Below the pieces are notes generated by a model. That model worked only from the letters and a program-made list of their open reading frames with translations. It was not told where the DNA came from and did not search any database. The position numbers were made by a program, and so were the translations under genes. A DNA stretch of 64,000 nt, from assembly GCA_000091205.1 (NCBI GenBank), contig AP006494.2. The stretch is one strand, 5' to 3'. Within the stretch, counting starts at the first letter, position 1; every line of letters starts with the position of its first letter. Below are positions 1-10,800 of the stretch, piece after piece. The stretch comes from Cyanidioschyzon merolae (Eukaryota).

Positions 1-2
1 CA

Positions 3-1877
3 GAGGAGGTCGCTTCTTCAGATATCTATTGGGATGAGGTACTCTACCGCACTGCCGCTCTCGCGGAAGAGACCATTCATGGCCAGTCATGTAGATGTCG
101 AGCGTCACCGCAGCAACTGAACGCGCACTCGCCAAAAACGGCACATTTAGGCTCACCTGCTCATGCGAGCGTCCAGCATCGTGGAGGCGGCACCCAGTCG
201 GCAAGTCCCCAGACGTACGCCCAGCATTGCCCCGGTTACCCCGGTGAGGCGGTGACTCCAGGGGCGCCACCGTCCTTCCTGGACGACAACGGTAGCCTGA
301 ACTCGGTCGGAGCACCAGCTCGGATACCTACCAAGCGACAACGCGCTCACCTACGGCGAGCACAGGCGAGCGATACGGGAACACCGGTGCAGTCGCCGAG
401 CGGCGGCAGCCAGTGTGTCTGTACCCGTTCGAGTGCACGCTCGCACCGCGTTGCTGCGTTAGAGCACTCTCCGGCTATTTTGACGCCATTCTTGCACCAC
501 CGCGCCGCAAGAAGGCCACGGCTGGTCCGAATCAGCGACGCTGCCAGTCAGGTTGCACAGGGCACTGCTCTGAGCGACGCGCTGCCTAGCGGTAGCGCCA
601 GTCGCTGTCTTGAGGTTGCGGAGGCGTCGCCACGAATATCCGCGAGGCTCGGCTCGGTTGCGCAGCGTCCACGCGCGGCTGGTACCCGAAGCGCACCCAA
701 CAAAAGGATCCGACGCAAGCGTCGGCGTGAACTCGTAGCCGCTTTCATCGACGATCAAGCGGAGGTCTCCAGTTCCGAAGGCAATGCCTCCGTTGATCCA
801 GACGTTGCCGAAGCGCTTCGCGGCACCGACGGCGACTCCACTAGTCCTGATACCGATACGCCGGGCTCCCTGCGAGCATTCCTCACGAGCCAGGCGACGA
901 GCCAGTCCACCGGTGAACAACGTCGACAGCGGGCGATGTACTGGCGCTCGTTGCGCTCGCCACAGCTCCACTCACCATTATCAGCACAAGTGGAGCACAG
1001 TTTGACGACAACGACAACGGATCATCGTGCCTCTATCGTCCAGAGTGGAGCCTCTTCAGAAACCACATCACGACACGGTATGCTGGCCGGTCTGAATGAG
1101 CCCAGCGAAGGCACTGCAACGGAGCCGGTTGCATCGTCTCCAGACACACCGTGTTATCGCTGTGGGCGGAGTCAGGACCCGGAGCGTACGCTCCTGTGTG
1201 ACCGCTGCGACATCGAGTGCCATACGTATTGCTGTGATCCACCGTATGCATCTGTTCCCAGTGGATCCTGGTACTGTCCCCGGTGTGAGGCGTATCAGCG
1301 GAATGTACGCATCCTGGTACATTCGCGCAACCTGAACCATCCCCTACTGACCGCAGTTCGGGAGCAACTCGCGCGCTCGTATCCATTGTCGGGTCTGGTA
1401 CCGTGTGCGGGCCTCGAAGCAGACTATGTCGTGTCGCCGCGAGTTGCAGTGTTCTTTCTCGGACCCGAAAGTGGTCGCACACCGAATAGAGAACAGTGGT
1501 TCGAGCGACTCGAACGAGCAGCTTCCCGTTACACGCGCATCTTCGTGTGTTGGGTATGGACGAGTCCAATTCAGTTGAGTCCACGAGGTCTCCCGGCCGT
1601 GCTCAACACAAATGCAACGCTCCTTCGCTGCAGCGGAATCGCTCAGGCAGCGGAACGCATCACTGACCTTGCGCTTCTCGAGCACAGAAGCGGTTACGGA
1701 CTCGCCTGGGTTCCTTTGTCGTGGCCGGATCGCTTTCAAATGGCCTTAGGATTTCTTCAAAAAGCCGCCGATATGTCCTTCCTACATGCTATGCTGCTTC
1801 TGCTTCGCCACGGCAACGGGATGGACGCTCTACGGGACTGGTATCGCCACGAGGGCGCAGCAATGGCGACAACGTGA
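3..1877 (+). CDS. PHD-finger protein, 5' partial (frame is open from the window start; the listed GTG at 252 is not a real start)
   Basis: C4HC3 PHD signature CYRCGRSQDPERTLLCDRCDIECHTYCCDPPYASVPSGSWYCPRC near aa 300. There are no in-frame stops between position 3 and 252 and no ATG before aa ~228. The gene probably starts upstream of the window. Confidence 0.5.
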   Translation, partial: EEVASSDIYWDEVLYRTAALAEETIHGQSCRCRASPQQLNAHSPKTAHLGSPAHASVQHRGGGTQSASPQTYAQHCPGYPGEAVTPGAPPSFLDDNGSLNSVGAPARIPTKRQRAHLRRAQASDTGTPVQSPSGGSQCVCTRSSARSHRVAALEHSPAILTPFLHHRAARRPRLVRISDAASQVAQGTALSDALPSGSASRCLEVAEASPRISARLGSVAQRPRAAGTRSAPNKRIRRKRRRELVAAFIDDQAEVSSSEGNASVDPDVAEALRGTDGDSTSPDTDTPGSLRAFLTSQATSQSTGEQRRQRAMYWRSLRSPQLHSPLSAQVEHSLTTTTTDHRASIVQSGASSETTSRHGMLAGLNEPSEGTATEPVASSPDTPCYRCGRSQDPERTLLCDRCDIECHTYCCDPPYASVPSGSWYCPRCEAYQRNVRILVHSRNLNHPLLTAVREQLARSYPLSGLVPCAGLEADYVVSPRVAVFFLGPESGRTPNREQWFERLERAASRYTRIFVCWVWTSPIQLSPRGLPAVLNTNATLLRCSGIAQAAERITDLALLEHRSGYGLAWVPLSWPDRFQMALGFLQKAADMSFLHAMLLLLRHGNGMDALRDWYRHEGAAMATT

Positions 1878-2097
1878 GCCTTTAGCGCAGCCGCTGCGAA
1901 TGCTTGGCTGTCGAGTGCCAGCACCGTGGCGAAATCGTCGACACGAACCTGATCTAAAAGCGATAGGAAACGCCGTCTATCAACAGCATTCTTTCGAAAC
2001 AGCGCCTCGCTATAGACGACCGGTGATCACGACCTGGCAGGTAAGACCAAGCGCATGAGTGACCCCTGGGGACGCGTGAATGCACGTGTTCTTCAGT

Positions 2098-3231
2098 TTA
2101 GCGGGCGTTCGCGCGCAAATTCCGAATATGCAAAAGTGAATCTACAGGTGAACGACAGATGGGGCAACGATCGCTACGCACGCGCAACAACTGTGCACAG
2201 TCTACACAGAGACACAGGTGGCGACACGGCAGCACCGTGGTATCCCGCGGGTCCGTCATGCAAATGATACAGAGATCATCGTGTTCTGCTTCAGCGGCTG
2301 CAGCGTCGGAATCGTCTGCAGAGGCCATGCGCTCCTCGATGCCGTAGATCTCCTGCAACTCGTAAATGGTGCCGTCTACCAGGATTTTCTGTTGGACGAC
2401 CTTGACCGGGATCTCGTCAGCGAGCTCGAGTCCTTTCGGTGGCATGCACAGCGTCACGTATGTGGCCTGGAAACGCACGAGGCTGCCTCCATTGGGGTCT
2501 GTGTCCGTCGAGCGCCCCGCAGACTGTTGTACCTGCCTGTGGCCGCTCTTGGCGAGATCTTCGGCGCTCTCAAGGCGCTGCAGCAGAATCACAATCGGGT
2601 ATCGATGCTTGGCGAGTTTGGCCGGGTTCTGTTCGAAAAGAAACGACTCGCGATATCGACTGGGCACGAAACCGCGGTGGCTATTCTGGCGGTACCGCTG
2701 GCCCATACCGGCCTCGAATGGGGTAGGTACTGGGGGCACCGGCTCCAGCGGCTCGACATGGAACTGCTCAACGCGCGTTGTGCGGTTCGTGAGGTCCTTC
2801 GCCATGAAGAAGACTGTGCAGAGGCCCGAGCACGTTGCGTCAAAAACAAACTCCAACAAAAACTGCTGTGGATTTTCGGGATCTCTAACAAGGCGTACAC
2901 TCTTCTTCCGAACATTCAAGTCGTTCTTTATGGTGTACGCGTGAACCATGGTCGGAACCGGCTGTGTGGAACGCTCCGCACCACCCTGCAGCCAGCGGAG
3001 TCCGGAACTCGAGCCCTGATTCACATCGCCGCCAGGTCGTTGCCAGGAAACCGTGCCGGTCGGAGGCAACCCGTCAACGGCACCGGGCTGGGGCACGAGG
3101 TTGCCGGGGCTCGTTTCCACAGCTGGTACCGGACGAGGCCCCAGCACCCGTGCCTCCGGTGCATCGTTTCCCGGTCCGTCTCCGAATCGCTGTGCAACGT
3201 GTACATCAGCCTGCGAGTTCACGTTTCCCAT
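2098..3231 (-). CDS. MGRN1/LOG2-like RING E3 ubiquitin ligase (DAR2 domain plus C-terminal C3HC4 RING), with an N-terminal MGNVNSQ myristoylation-type motif
   Basis: ATG start confirmed at 3229-3231. C-terminal CIICMTDPRDTTVLPCRHLCLCVDCAQLLRVRSDRCPICRSPV matches the MGRN1 RING. Upstream LQEIYGIE and LEFVFDA blocks match MGRN1/LOG2. Confidence 0.85.
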   Translation of the reverse strand: MGNVNSQADVHVAQRFGDGPGNDAPEARVLGPRPVPAVETSPGNLVPQPGAVDGLPPTGTVSWQRPGGDVNQGSSSGLRWLQGGAERSTQPVPTMVHAYTIKNDLNVRKKSVRLVRDPENPQQFLLEFVFDATCSGLCTVFFMAKDLTNRTTRVEQFHVEPLEPVPPVPTPFEAGMGQRYRQNSHRGFVPSRYRESFLFEQNPAKLAKHRYPIVILLQRLESAEDLAKSGHRQVQQSAGRSTDTDPNGGSLVRFQATYVTLCMPPKGLELADEIPVKVVQQKILVDGTIYELQEIYGIEERMASADDSDAAAAEAEHDDLCIICMTDPRDTTVLPCRHLCLCVDCAQLLRVRSDRCPICRSPVDSLLHIRNLRANAR

Positions 3232-3306
3232 GAAATGAGCAACGAGTCGGGTGTGCTTCGAGGGCCCGTCTGTACACGGCTTTTATAGCGAACGCGCTGC
3301 GTAACT

Positions 3307-3518
3307 GCTAGGTCGCTAGGTCGCTAGGTTGCTAGGTCGCTAGGTCGCTAGGTCGCTAGGTCGCTAGGTCGCTAGGTCGCTAGGTCGCTAGATCGCTTGG
3401 TCGTTAGGTCGCTAGGTCGCTAGGTCGCTAGGTCGCTAGGTCGCTAGGTCGCTAGGTCGCTAGGTCGCTAGGTCGCTAGGTCGCTAGGTCGCTAGGTCGC
3501 TAGGTCGCTAGGTCGCTA
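3307..3518. repeat. Minisatellite (GCTAGGTC)n, about 26 units with a few point variants
   Basis: Direct reading: gctaggtcgctaggtc... with variants gctaggtt, gctagatc, gcttggtc, gttaggtc. Confidence 0.95.
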
Positions 3519-4762
3519 CCGTTTCTCCGACCTGAGACGTTACCAGAGGCCTGCGGCACGGGCCCGGCGCAGGCAGGCCCTTGCGCTGCGATGATCGAGC
3601 GCGCTGCGCACTGGATACCTCATGAGCAGCTAGCGTTCACGGTTGCATGGAGCGCGGGCTGCTTGGTATCGTGTCCGGTTTTGCCAAAGGCAAGACGGGT
3701 TTGAATCTCGAGGAATGTGGTCGTGCTTTTCGAGTGAGGTATGGTGGTCTGTTTTCTGAAAGTTTAGAGCACGTACGCTTTCAGTGGAGTCTAGATCGAT
3801 GCACCTAACGCACCAGGTAGAAGGAAGGCCTGCTTGCGTTGCTTCTCGTGAGGATCGGAAGCGCTTTGCGCACGTGTTTCAGCACTTGCAGGTATGCATG
3901 GGGAACGGTTCGTGGGAACGCGAAACTATTGAAGCCGCGAAAGACTGTGCACACTTTAGTTGTAGCGGTCGATGGTCAGGTGCGGAAACCTTGGGGTGCG
4001 TAGAAGGCGAGCGTTGCGCTCGCCGTTCTGCAGCGCAGAGGCTCGATCAGAAACGATCCGGTATCATAGTTGGGCACGTGCTTGCAGGGACATTGCTTAC
4101 CCAGACACGCTTTTCTAAAAATACGGTCTTGTCGTTACGTTTCCTGGTTCGAGCGGGCGCGTCACCAGGTGAGGTCCACAAAGCACCTCGCTAGCGCGCG
4201 CGTTGCGGACGAATCCCAGAGAAATCACAGCGGCAGTCCAGGACTTGTACGACGAATGCAGTATAAGGGCATCATTACGTGCGGGTTGGAAGCAGTTTAC
4301 GGAGGGATTTGTTGACTTTCGTCGGATCGGCGTTTGTGCCGGCCTTTGTGCCTCCCAATGAATCTTGCATATGGATTCGCTCTGGGTAGCGGCGAGGCGC
4401 CATTTTGCGCGTCAGCAGCTCTCTCTGTTGCGCTGATGTCGAGTCCGGTCTGGTGACTTTATTTGCTGGCGCATCAGGCATGGCGCTCGAGGCATCAGCG
4501 CATCGTTACGGGCATTGGCATCCACGCGTACGCTTCCCAGCGCTTGGGTGACAGATTCGATCGCGTGCGCTTCCACTAGTCAAGCACGTAAACGGTTCCC
4601 GCCTTCAAGCGATGAGACGACGGCATACAAAGCAGAGCCTGGAACGCCTACAACGCAGATCGCGGTGCTGCTTCGGATGCCGACGCTCGCTGCAGCGCGC
4701 ACGATGGATCGTCGAACGCAGCCGACGTTGCCGCCGGTGAAGTAGAACTGGATGCGTGTGTG

Positions 4763-4786
4763 GATGCATGCATGCATGCATGCATA
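4763..4786. repeat. (TGCA)n microsatellite
   Basis: gatgcatgcatgcatgcatgcatacg. Confidence 0.8.
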
Positions 4787-4886
4787 CGTGCGTCCCTGTT
4801 GATATGCGTGTCTAGATCGAAGCGCTCAGCGACAGCATCAGCTGCGATCGCGTGTTGCTCGAAGCGGCACTTTGGCTGGCAACGTG

Positions 4887-4923
4887 TCGCAGACACGCAG
4901 ACACGCAGACACGCAGACACGCA
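4887..4923. repeat. (CAGACACG)n x4 tandem repeat
   Basis: cgcagacacgcagacacgcagacacgcagacacgcatgg. Confidence 0.8.
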
Positions 4924-5057
4924 TGGATTGCAATGATGGCCCATGTCGCAACGGTGCGCAGTACGGATGCGGCAGCGTCGGCGGCCTGTAACGATCACGA
5001 ATGAGGCATCGGCATCCGCACAGCAGCAGGCGATGCCTCGATCCCGCTGCGCTGGGG

Positions 5058-5816
5058 TCATAGCGGAGGCTCGCTGGCTGCTGCTGTCGCCGATGCCGAT
5101 GTTGATGCCGATGCCTCATTCGAACCCAAGGCACAGTTGGTAGTCGCGGGCACCGACGCGCTATCCTGTCTGGCACCCGAGTTGCAGATCATCGCGTCCA
5201 GCTCCAGTAAGACGCCGTCCGCGTCATACACCTGGAACGGGCGATTGAAGGTGAAGCTGCAGCGATCTGAACCTGGTTCGTCTCCGTCGATATCGACTGC
5301 TGCATCCGGATCGGTGGCGATCAGCAGGAACGGCAGCCGAACAGCCGAATCGCCTTGTAGCGACGCGGAGCGCGGGCGCCCGCTGCTCGCCACCGCCGCA
5401 CCGCGCATATTGCGTTGGACAAGGCGCTCGAGCGCTCGTACAATTGTGCGGTATCGCTGGATCCGGCCGTCCTTGTCCCGCACACTCGAACTCAGACGGC
5501 TCAGTTCGTTCTCGAGGAGAGACTGCTCTCGTACGCTGGCGCGAGGTAGACCATGCCAGCGGACAGCGCGACGATCTTTGTGCACCACGCCGATAGCACA
5601 CAGCACATTCAGCGCATCGTAGACTCGACGGCGCACATTCTTCTCTTCACTCGCCGGATCACGCAACGCTACGCCATTGTTTCCCTGCAGCAGTTCGGCG
5701 ACCAGCTCATCCGCGACCTCATTGTAGGTGGTCTCGCCTTTCTGCTCGACTTTGTGGCAAATACGAACGGCAAAGTGACGGAGGCCTTTTTCCTCACGGG
5801 GCCGCCCGGACCTCAT
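5058..5816 (-). CDS. DP: Transcription factor DP (E2F dimerisation partner), DNA-binding winged-helix plus dimerisation region
   Basis: GLRHFAVRICHKVEQKGETTYNEVADELVAELL...KNVRRRVYDALNVLCAIGVVHKDRRAVRWHGLP aligns closely with the human TFDP1 DNA-binding domain. The listed ORF start at 6068 is GTG. The first in-frame ATG is at 5814-5816, checked as cat on the plus strand. Confidence 0.8.
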   Translation of the reverse strand: MRSGRPREEKGLRHFAVRICHKVEQKGETTYNEVADELVAELLQGNNGVALRDPASEEKNVRRRVYDALNVLCAIGVVHKDRRAVRWHGLPRASVREQSLLENELSRLSSSVRDKDGRIQRYRTIVRALERLVQRNMRGAAVASSGRPRSASLQGDSAVRLPFLLIATDPDAAVDIDGDEPGSDRCSFTFNRPFQVYDADGVLLELDAMICNSGARQDSASVPATTNCALGSNEASASTSASATAAASEPPL

Positions 5817-7142
5817 CCAAGAGCTGAACTCGGGAGCGCAGTATTCAGCGCGCCCGGAAAAAAATTGGTCGACACACAGACCACGAACGCTGCCTTGACA
5901 CCGGGAGCGTTGTGCACTCGTTTGTCGTCCCGTCACCCGCGTGATGTGCGGGTTCACGTTCGCTAGTGTCGACTCAAAGACCCGAGCTGGATACTGGATC
6001 CTGAAGTCTGGACAGCGTGTTGCGTCTGGTGCGGGGTCCTCGGTAGGTGCAACCTTGCGCGAGGTCACCGGTGACCACGTGCGCTGTCCTCGTCAGTTGC
6101 AGCAGGCCGATAGTCCTCGACTCTCCAGGTCCAGCTGGAATGGCGCAAACTACCGATGCTGGGAACTACGGAGTTCTCGTTCCACAAACTTGATGCCGAG
6201 TGTCTGCAAATTCCGGTACGTTGTCAGGCGGTACTCGAAGTCGTGCTCACTTCCGTGACGAGACTGCTGCACACAGGCGGCGTCACCAAGGTGCACGCCT
6301 GATGGAATTGTCTCGCGCGCTGCAGCACACTCACCTCAATAAACGTCTTGTTCCCCGTTCTGTGCTCAGCAGTTGATCAACGGAACGCCAGGTGTCGCCG
6401 ACCCTTCCCTTGCCCGTAGATGGAAACACCCGCTACAAGCGCCATCACAGGCGCGTGTTCGCAGATATTCCCTGATCATCGCTGAGAGCGCGCATCGGCA
6501 CGCGACGCCTCGGACTGGATTGCGCTTCCCGCGCAGTCGTCGAAAGCGGCGGCGGATGAGACGTGTGCCCGAATGGGTGCCGCGTGTGCCCGGCACCAGG
6601 GATGCGCAACGCGCGCCTGCACGGACTGGATCAGAGGCGGCTGGGGCACGGACGTGGACATCGGCCCTAACTGTACATTGTGGATCAAAAAGGTCAGCGT
6701 GCGTGCATGAGCATGGTGCGCGCTGTCCGAAAAGCGAGTCGCCCACAGGCGGATCAGAGAAGCGACAATGGCATCAAAGATCCAAACCGAACATAACTGT
6801 ATGTTGTAGGGCGAAACAGTCAGAGACCCTGATCGCTGTAGACACGACGATCTCACAGCAGCGATGGACGTCACGCGGCTGGTGCCAAGCGCCCGGACTG
6901 CCGATGCAGATGCGATCGCAGTCCGTCACGTGACAAACGCCCCGCATTCGGCCGCGCGTCGACGCTGACCCTTCTGGCATCGCTACACCTCAGAAGGGAC
7001 AGGTATTCCGCTCGAGTGCCGCTGTACGCTAGGTCCGAGTGTATTGCGAAGCGGATATCCGTTGAGCTTTAGGCGACCTGCACCACGACTCGCGTAACGA
7101 TTGCGTGACGTCCTGACCCAGTAAAGAGCAGGCGCGCTCGTC

Positions 7143-7889
7143 ATGACAGAGAAAGCGTCGAAGAGGCAGAGCATCGCCGAAGCGCTGTTCGAACGGCGCC
7201 CGAAAAACTTTGGGATTGGTCAGAGTATCCAACCAAAGCGCGATCTTTCACGTTTTGTGCGCTGGCCGCGTTATGTTCGCCTCCAGCGACAGCGGAAAAT
7301 CCTTCTTCAGAGGCTGAAGGTACCGCCGGCGATTGCCCAGTTCCAGAAAACTGCGGACAAGAACTTGACGGACTCGCTGTTCCGTCTACTAGAACGTTAC
7401 CGGCCTGAGGAGAAAGTCGCCAAGCGACAACGCTTACAACAAGCCGCGGAGCGTGGTGAGACGAAACCTGACACCCCCAAGCCTATTTTCGTGAAGCACG
7501 GCGTCAACCATGTAACCGACTTGATCGAACAGAAAAAAGCCAAGCTCGTGATCATCGCGCACGACGTCGATCCAATCGAATTGGTCATGTGGATGCCAGC
7601 ACTCTGCCGCAAACTCGACATCCCCTACGTCATCGTGAAGGGCAAGGCGCGTCTGGGCGCACTGGTGCACTTGAAAACGGCGACGTGTCTGGCCGTCACC
7701 GGTGTCCACGACAGAGACCGCGCGGAGCTCTCGAAAATCATCGAAGTGTGCAAAATGCGCTTTAATGACCGATACGAAGAGATTCGAAGGCAATGGGGTG
7801 GTGGTGTGCTCGGAATCAAAAGTACCCACAAGTTAGAGAAACGACGGCGGGCGCTAGCCATCGAGGAAGCGAAACGCGCCCAGGCGTGA
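7143..7889 (+). CDS. RPL7A: 60S ribosomal protein L7a (eL8)
   Basis: Full-length colinear match to eL8: FERRPKNFGIGQSIQPKRDLSRFVRWPRYVRLQRQR...LVIIAHDVDPIELVMWMPALCRKLDIPYVIVKGKARLG...NDRYEEIRRQWGG. ATG start, no interruption. Confidence 0.95.
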   Translation: MTEKASKRQSIAEALFERRPKNFGIGQSIQPKRDLSRFVRWPRYVRLQRQRKILLQRLKVPPAIAQFQKTADKNLTDSLFRLLERYRPEEKVAKRQRLQQAAERGETKPDTPKPIFVKHGVNHVTDLIEQKKAKLVIIAHDVDPIELVMWMPALCRKLDIPYVIVKGKARLGALVHLKTATCLAVTGVHDRDRAELSKIIEVCKMRFNDRYEEIRRQWGGGVLGIKSTHKLEKRRRALAIEEAKRAQA

Positions 7890-7893
7890 ACGC

Positions 7894-10800
7894 TTAGGAG
7901 GTCAGCGTTCCCGCGTGAACTCGATCGAAAAAGGATCCCAGATCCTCTGCCTGAATGCCGTCCGCATACAACACCAAATCCATGGTTAGTGAAGATGCTA
8001 TCGACGCTGGTGCGTGCGACTCTATGCGCATATAAACACCATCCAGTGTAAGGAGGAGGGGGCTAGGCGCATTAGCGGGACGCATGATGCCGACAGCGTA
8101 AAGCGTTTCTGTGAAAGGTTCTAAAGCCCGCAAAAGATCCATGAAAGCTGCCACATCGATTGGCATTGTTCGCTGGAGGTGGAGGCGGCGGAATAGCCTG
8201 CCTCTGTTCGCAGCCGCTGGACGGTGTGCATCGCCAGCAGGTGCAGCGTCCTGCATCGCCTGTGCGGTGAGGCGCGGCAGTACACGCGAATCGGCATCAT
8301 GAGTGGGAGCTGTTGTTGTTGTTGTTGTCGTCGTCGTCGTCGCTTCTGCTTCACGCAGCCAAGGTCGATTGCGCCTGCGTACCCAGATTGCTGCAGGCTG
8401 CAGCCGGCCGTAGGGTGCACATATCACCCTGGCGTGCGGATTCCATCCACAGACGTGTTCCAGGATTTGCTGCAAACGCTCCGCAGGTACAACGTCCGAC
8501 TTGGTAAATACGACTGTGTCCGCACTGGCGACAAGCTGCTGCTGGATATGGTCTTGCGACCGGAAACGGAGGCAATCCACCGCACACACAACAGCATCGA
8601 CGCCGTCAAGCGGCTCGTCCGTCTCTAGGGCTAAGCGGAACGGACGCGGGTGCGATTCGAGACGGCTAGCGAGCGCTGCCTCGCTGACAGCTTCCAGCCG
8701 CTGGCGTTGCAGCAGAGTGCTCGGGCCTGGTGGCTCAAGTCGCCACGCCAGCAGGTCCTCGTGGGCGTTCAGCGCTCCAACCAGCGAGGTTTTGCCCGCC
8801 CCTGGCAAGCCGCAGACTGCCAGAATACCCTCATTCGCGGGTAGTGGTTCAACATCTCCCGGAACAAGTATACGCTCGTTCTGTTCGCTGTTTGCTTCTG
8901 AACGCTTTGCTTCACCCGTGATGAGTATCCACGGCGGTGCGACTCGCGATGAAAGGCGCTCGACAAAAGAGGGCGGTTGAGCGGCTGGCGGGGTCTTTCC
9001 GCCGGCCCGTGTGCTGTCCGTGTTCGGTACTAGCGACTCGAAGGGGTCTTCAAACTCGCTCCAGGCTTCCGTAAAGACGAGCTCTTCGTCGCGTAGGAGA
9101 CATTCATCCAACACTATCTGAATCCGCATCGCATCCAGATCTTCCCCGAGAAACACGATTTCACTGCAGCGATCGCCAAAGCGCTCATCCCATTGCAGCG
9201 GTCGCATTCTATCTTGCGAGTTCGGGGCGCTTGGCCACTGTTCCAGCGGTAGGGTAACGAGAAATCTTTGCCCACGTTTCAGGGTTATATTGTTTCCGAC
9301 CTGGCTCCATTCGAGAAAACTGTCCATCCGATTTGCTAACCATAGTTTTCCGACAGAGCGCAAGACACCGTGGAAGGTGCTAATGTCACTGATCTTGTCA
9401 AATAGGCGACGCGGATGAAAAGGACGGTTCGCTCTGTAAAGAAAACTCGTCTCGGGTCGCACGGTTTCCGTGCTGAAGCCTCGCTCCCATGGTCGCGTTC
9501 CACTGTACAGCGTCGCGAGGAATTGCTCGTTGCTGAACCGCGAGTCCCAAATAGGTCGCGCGGTACCTGCTGCTGACGACACCGCAGGAGCAGCGGGGTG
9601 CGTGGCACTGCCTCCGGTCGCTGCTCCGGGGCCCTTGGGTGCCGCTGCCTTTCCCGGATCATAACCTGCATCGGGTGCGGAGGCAGCGCCCCAGGATGCG
9701 GTGGCAGCTGTCGTCTCCTGTGACGCTGACGCCGCTGACGTCTCGGGTACCGTCGCTCTGGTGGCTGGCGTTGCAGCCGCTGTTGACGTGCCTACAGATG
9801 GTCCAGCCTTTGCTGAACTTTTTCCCGTACTCTGTGCTCTGTTCTCTGGCAATGCGGAACCGTATTTCTGGGAAGTTTTCGTCAGTTCCGTCGCAGCGAA
9901 AGAAGCAAGAACCCGGCGCCAGGTCGGCATCCAGAGCATCCGCTCCGGATCAAACGGTCGCTCGAGAATGCGCTCCAGGAGTGTTTGTGGCCATTCAGTA
10001 TTCGCGTGCATGAGAATCACCTGAGCCTCGCAGTTCAAGAGTCGAAGATAACGAAGTAGGTTCTGGAAAGAGGGCGTCGGGGCTGTACGGACCTCGGGAT
10101 CAGGACTTGCGTCCTGCGACTTGCGCATCGGCCGCACGTCCGCATCTGTCTCCCGACCAGGCATTTGTTGTTGGTTGTACACGACGACAAGGTTCGCATA
10201 CTCTATTTGATCCACCAGGAGCTGCACCAAATTATCAGCCTGTGCGTTACTTGCTGATCCCCGTTCCCGCTCCATAGCGGGTGGCCGTCGTGCTGACGCT
10301 CCATCGTTGTCGCCTGCACCTACATCTCCAGCTTCCACGCGCGATGCAGTTTTCTTCTCGTGCAGCAGCGTACCTCGGGATGGACTTGAGCCGTCCCGCG
10401 AAGTCTCCACGGTATCGCTCGTCGCGAGCGCTTGGTCAGCGTCGTTGTGGCTGATTTCCAGTCCAGTCCCGCCAGTTATACCCGTCGCTGTCGTTGGGAT
10501 GCGTTCCGAAGCCGGCGACGTCTGCGCTGTATTCTCAGGGCTATACGCGACAGACGCCGTTTCTTGTTGTCGCAGCGTCGGTGCGAATACCTCCGCAGCC
10601 GCCGCTGCATCGATGACGCTCACGAGCGCAAGAAGCTGCAGCGGCCACTCAACATGCGCAAGACTGTCGGCGATGGCATATGGCTCCTCTTTTTCAGGGC
10701 TGCAGACGATGAGGTAGTCCACACCGTACGCTGCCTGGACCTGAAACAGATTCACAGGGCTGGGTGCAGCTTCCACTGTTTGATCCGCAGCGCTCTGTAC

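Noticed and set aside
3641-3715. tRNA-like fragment with a T-loop-like gggtttgaatctcg
   Set aside because: I could not fold it into a cloverleaf with a 7-bp acceptor stem and matching T-stem, so it was not called.
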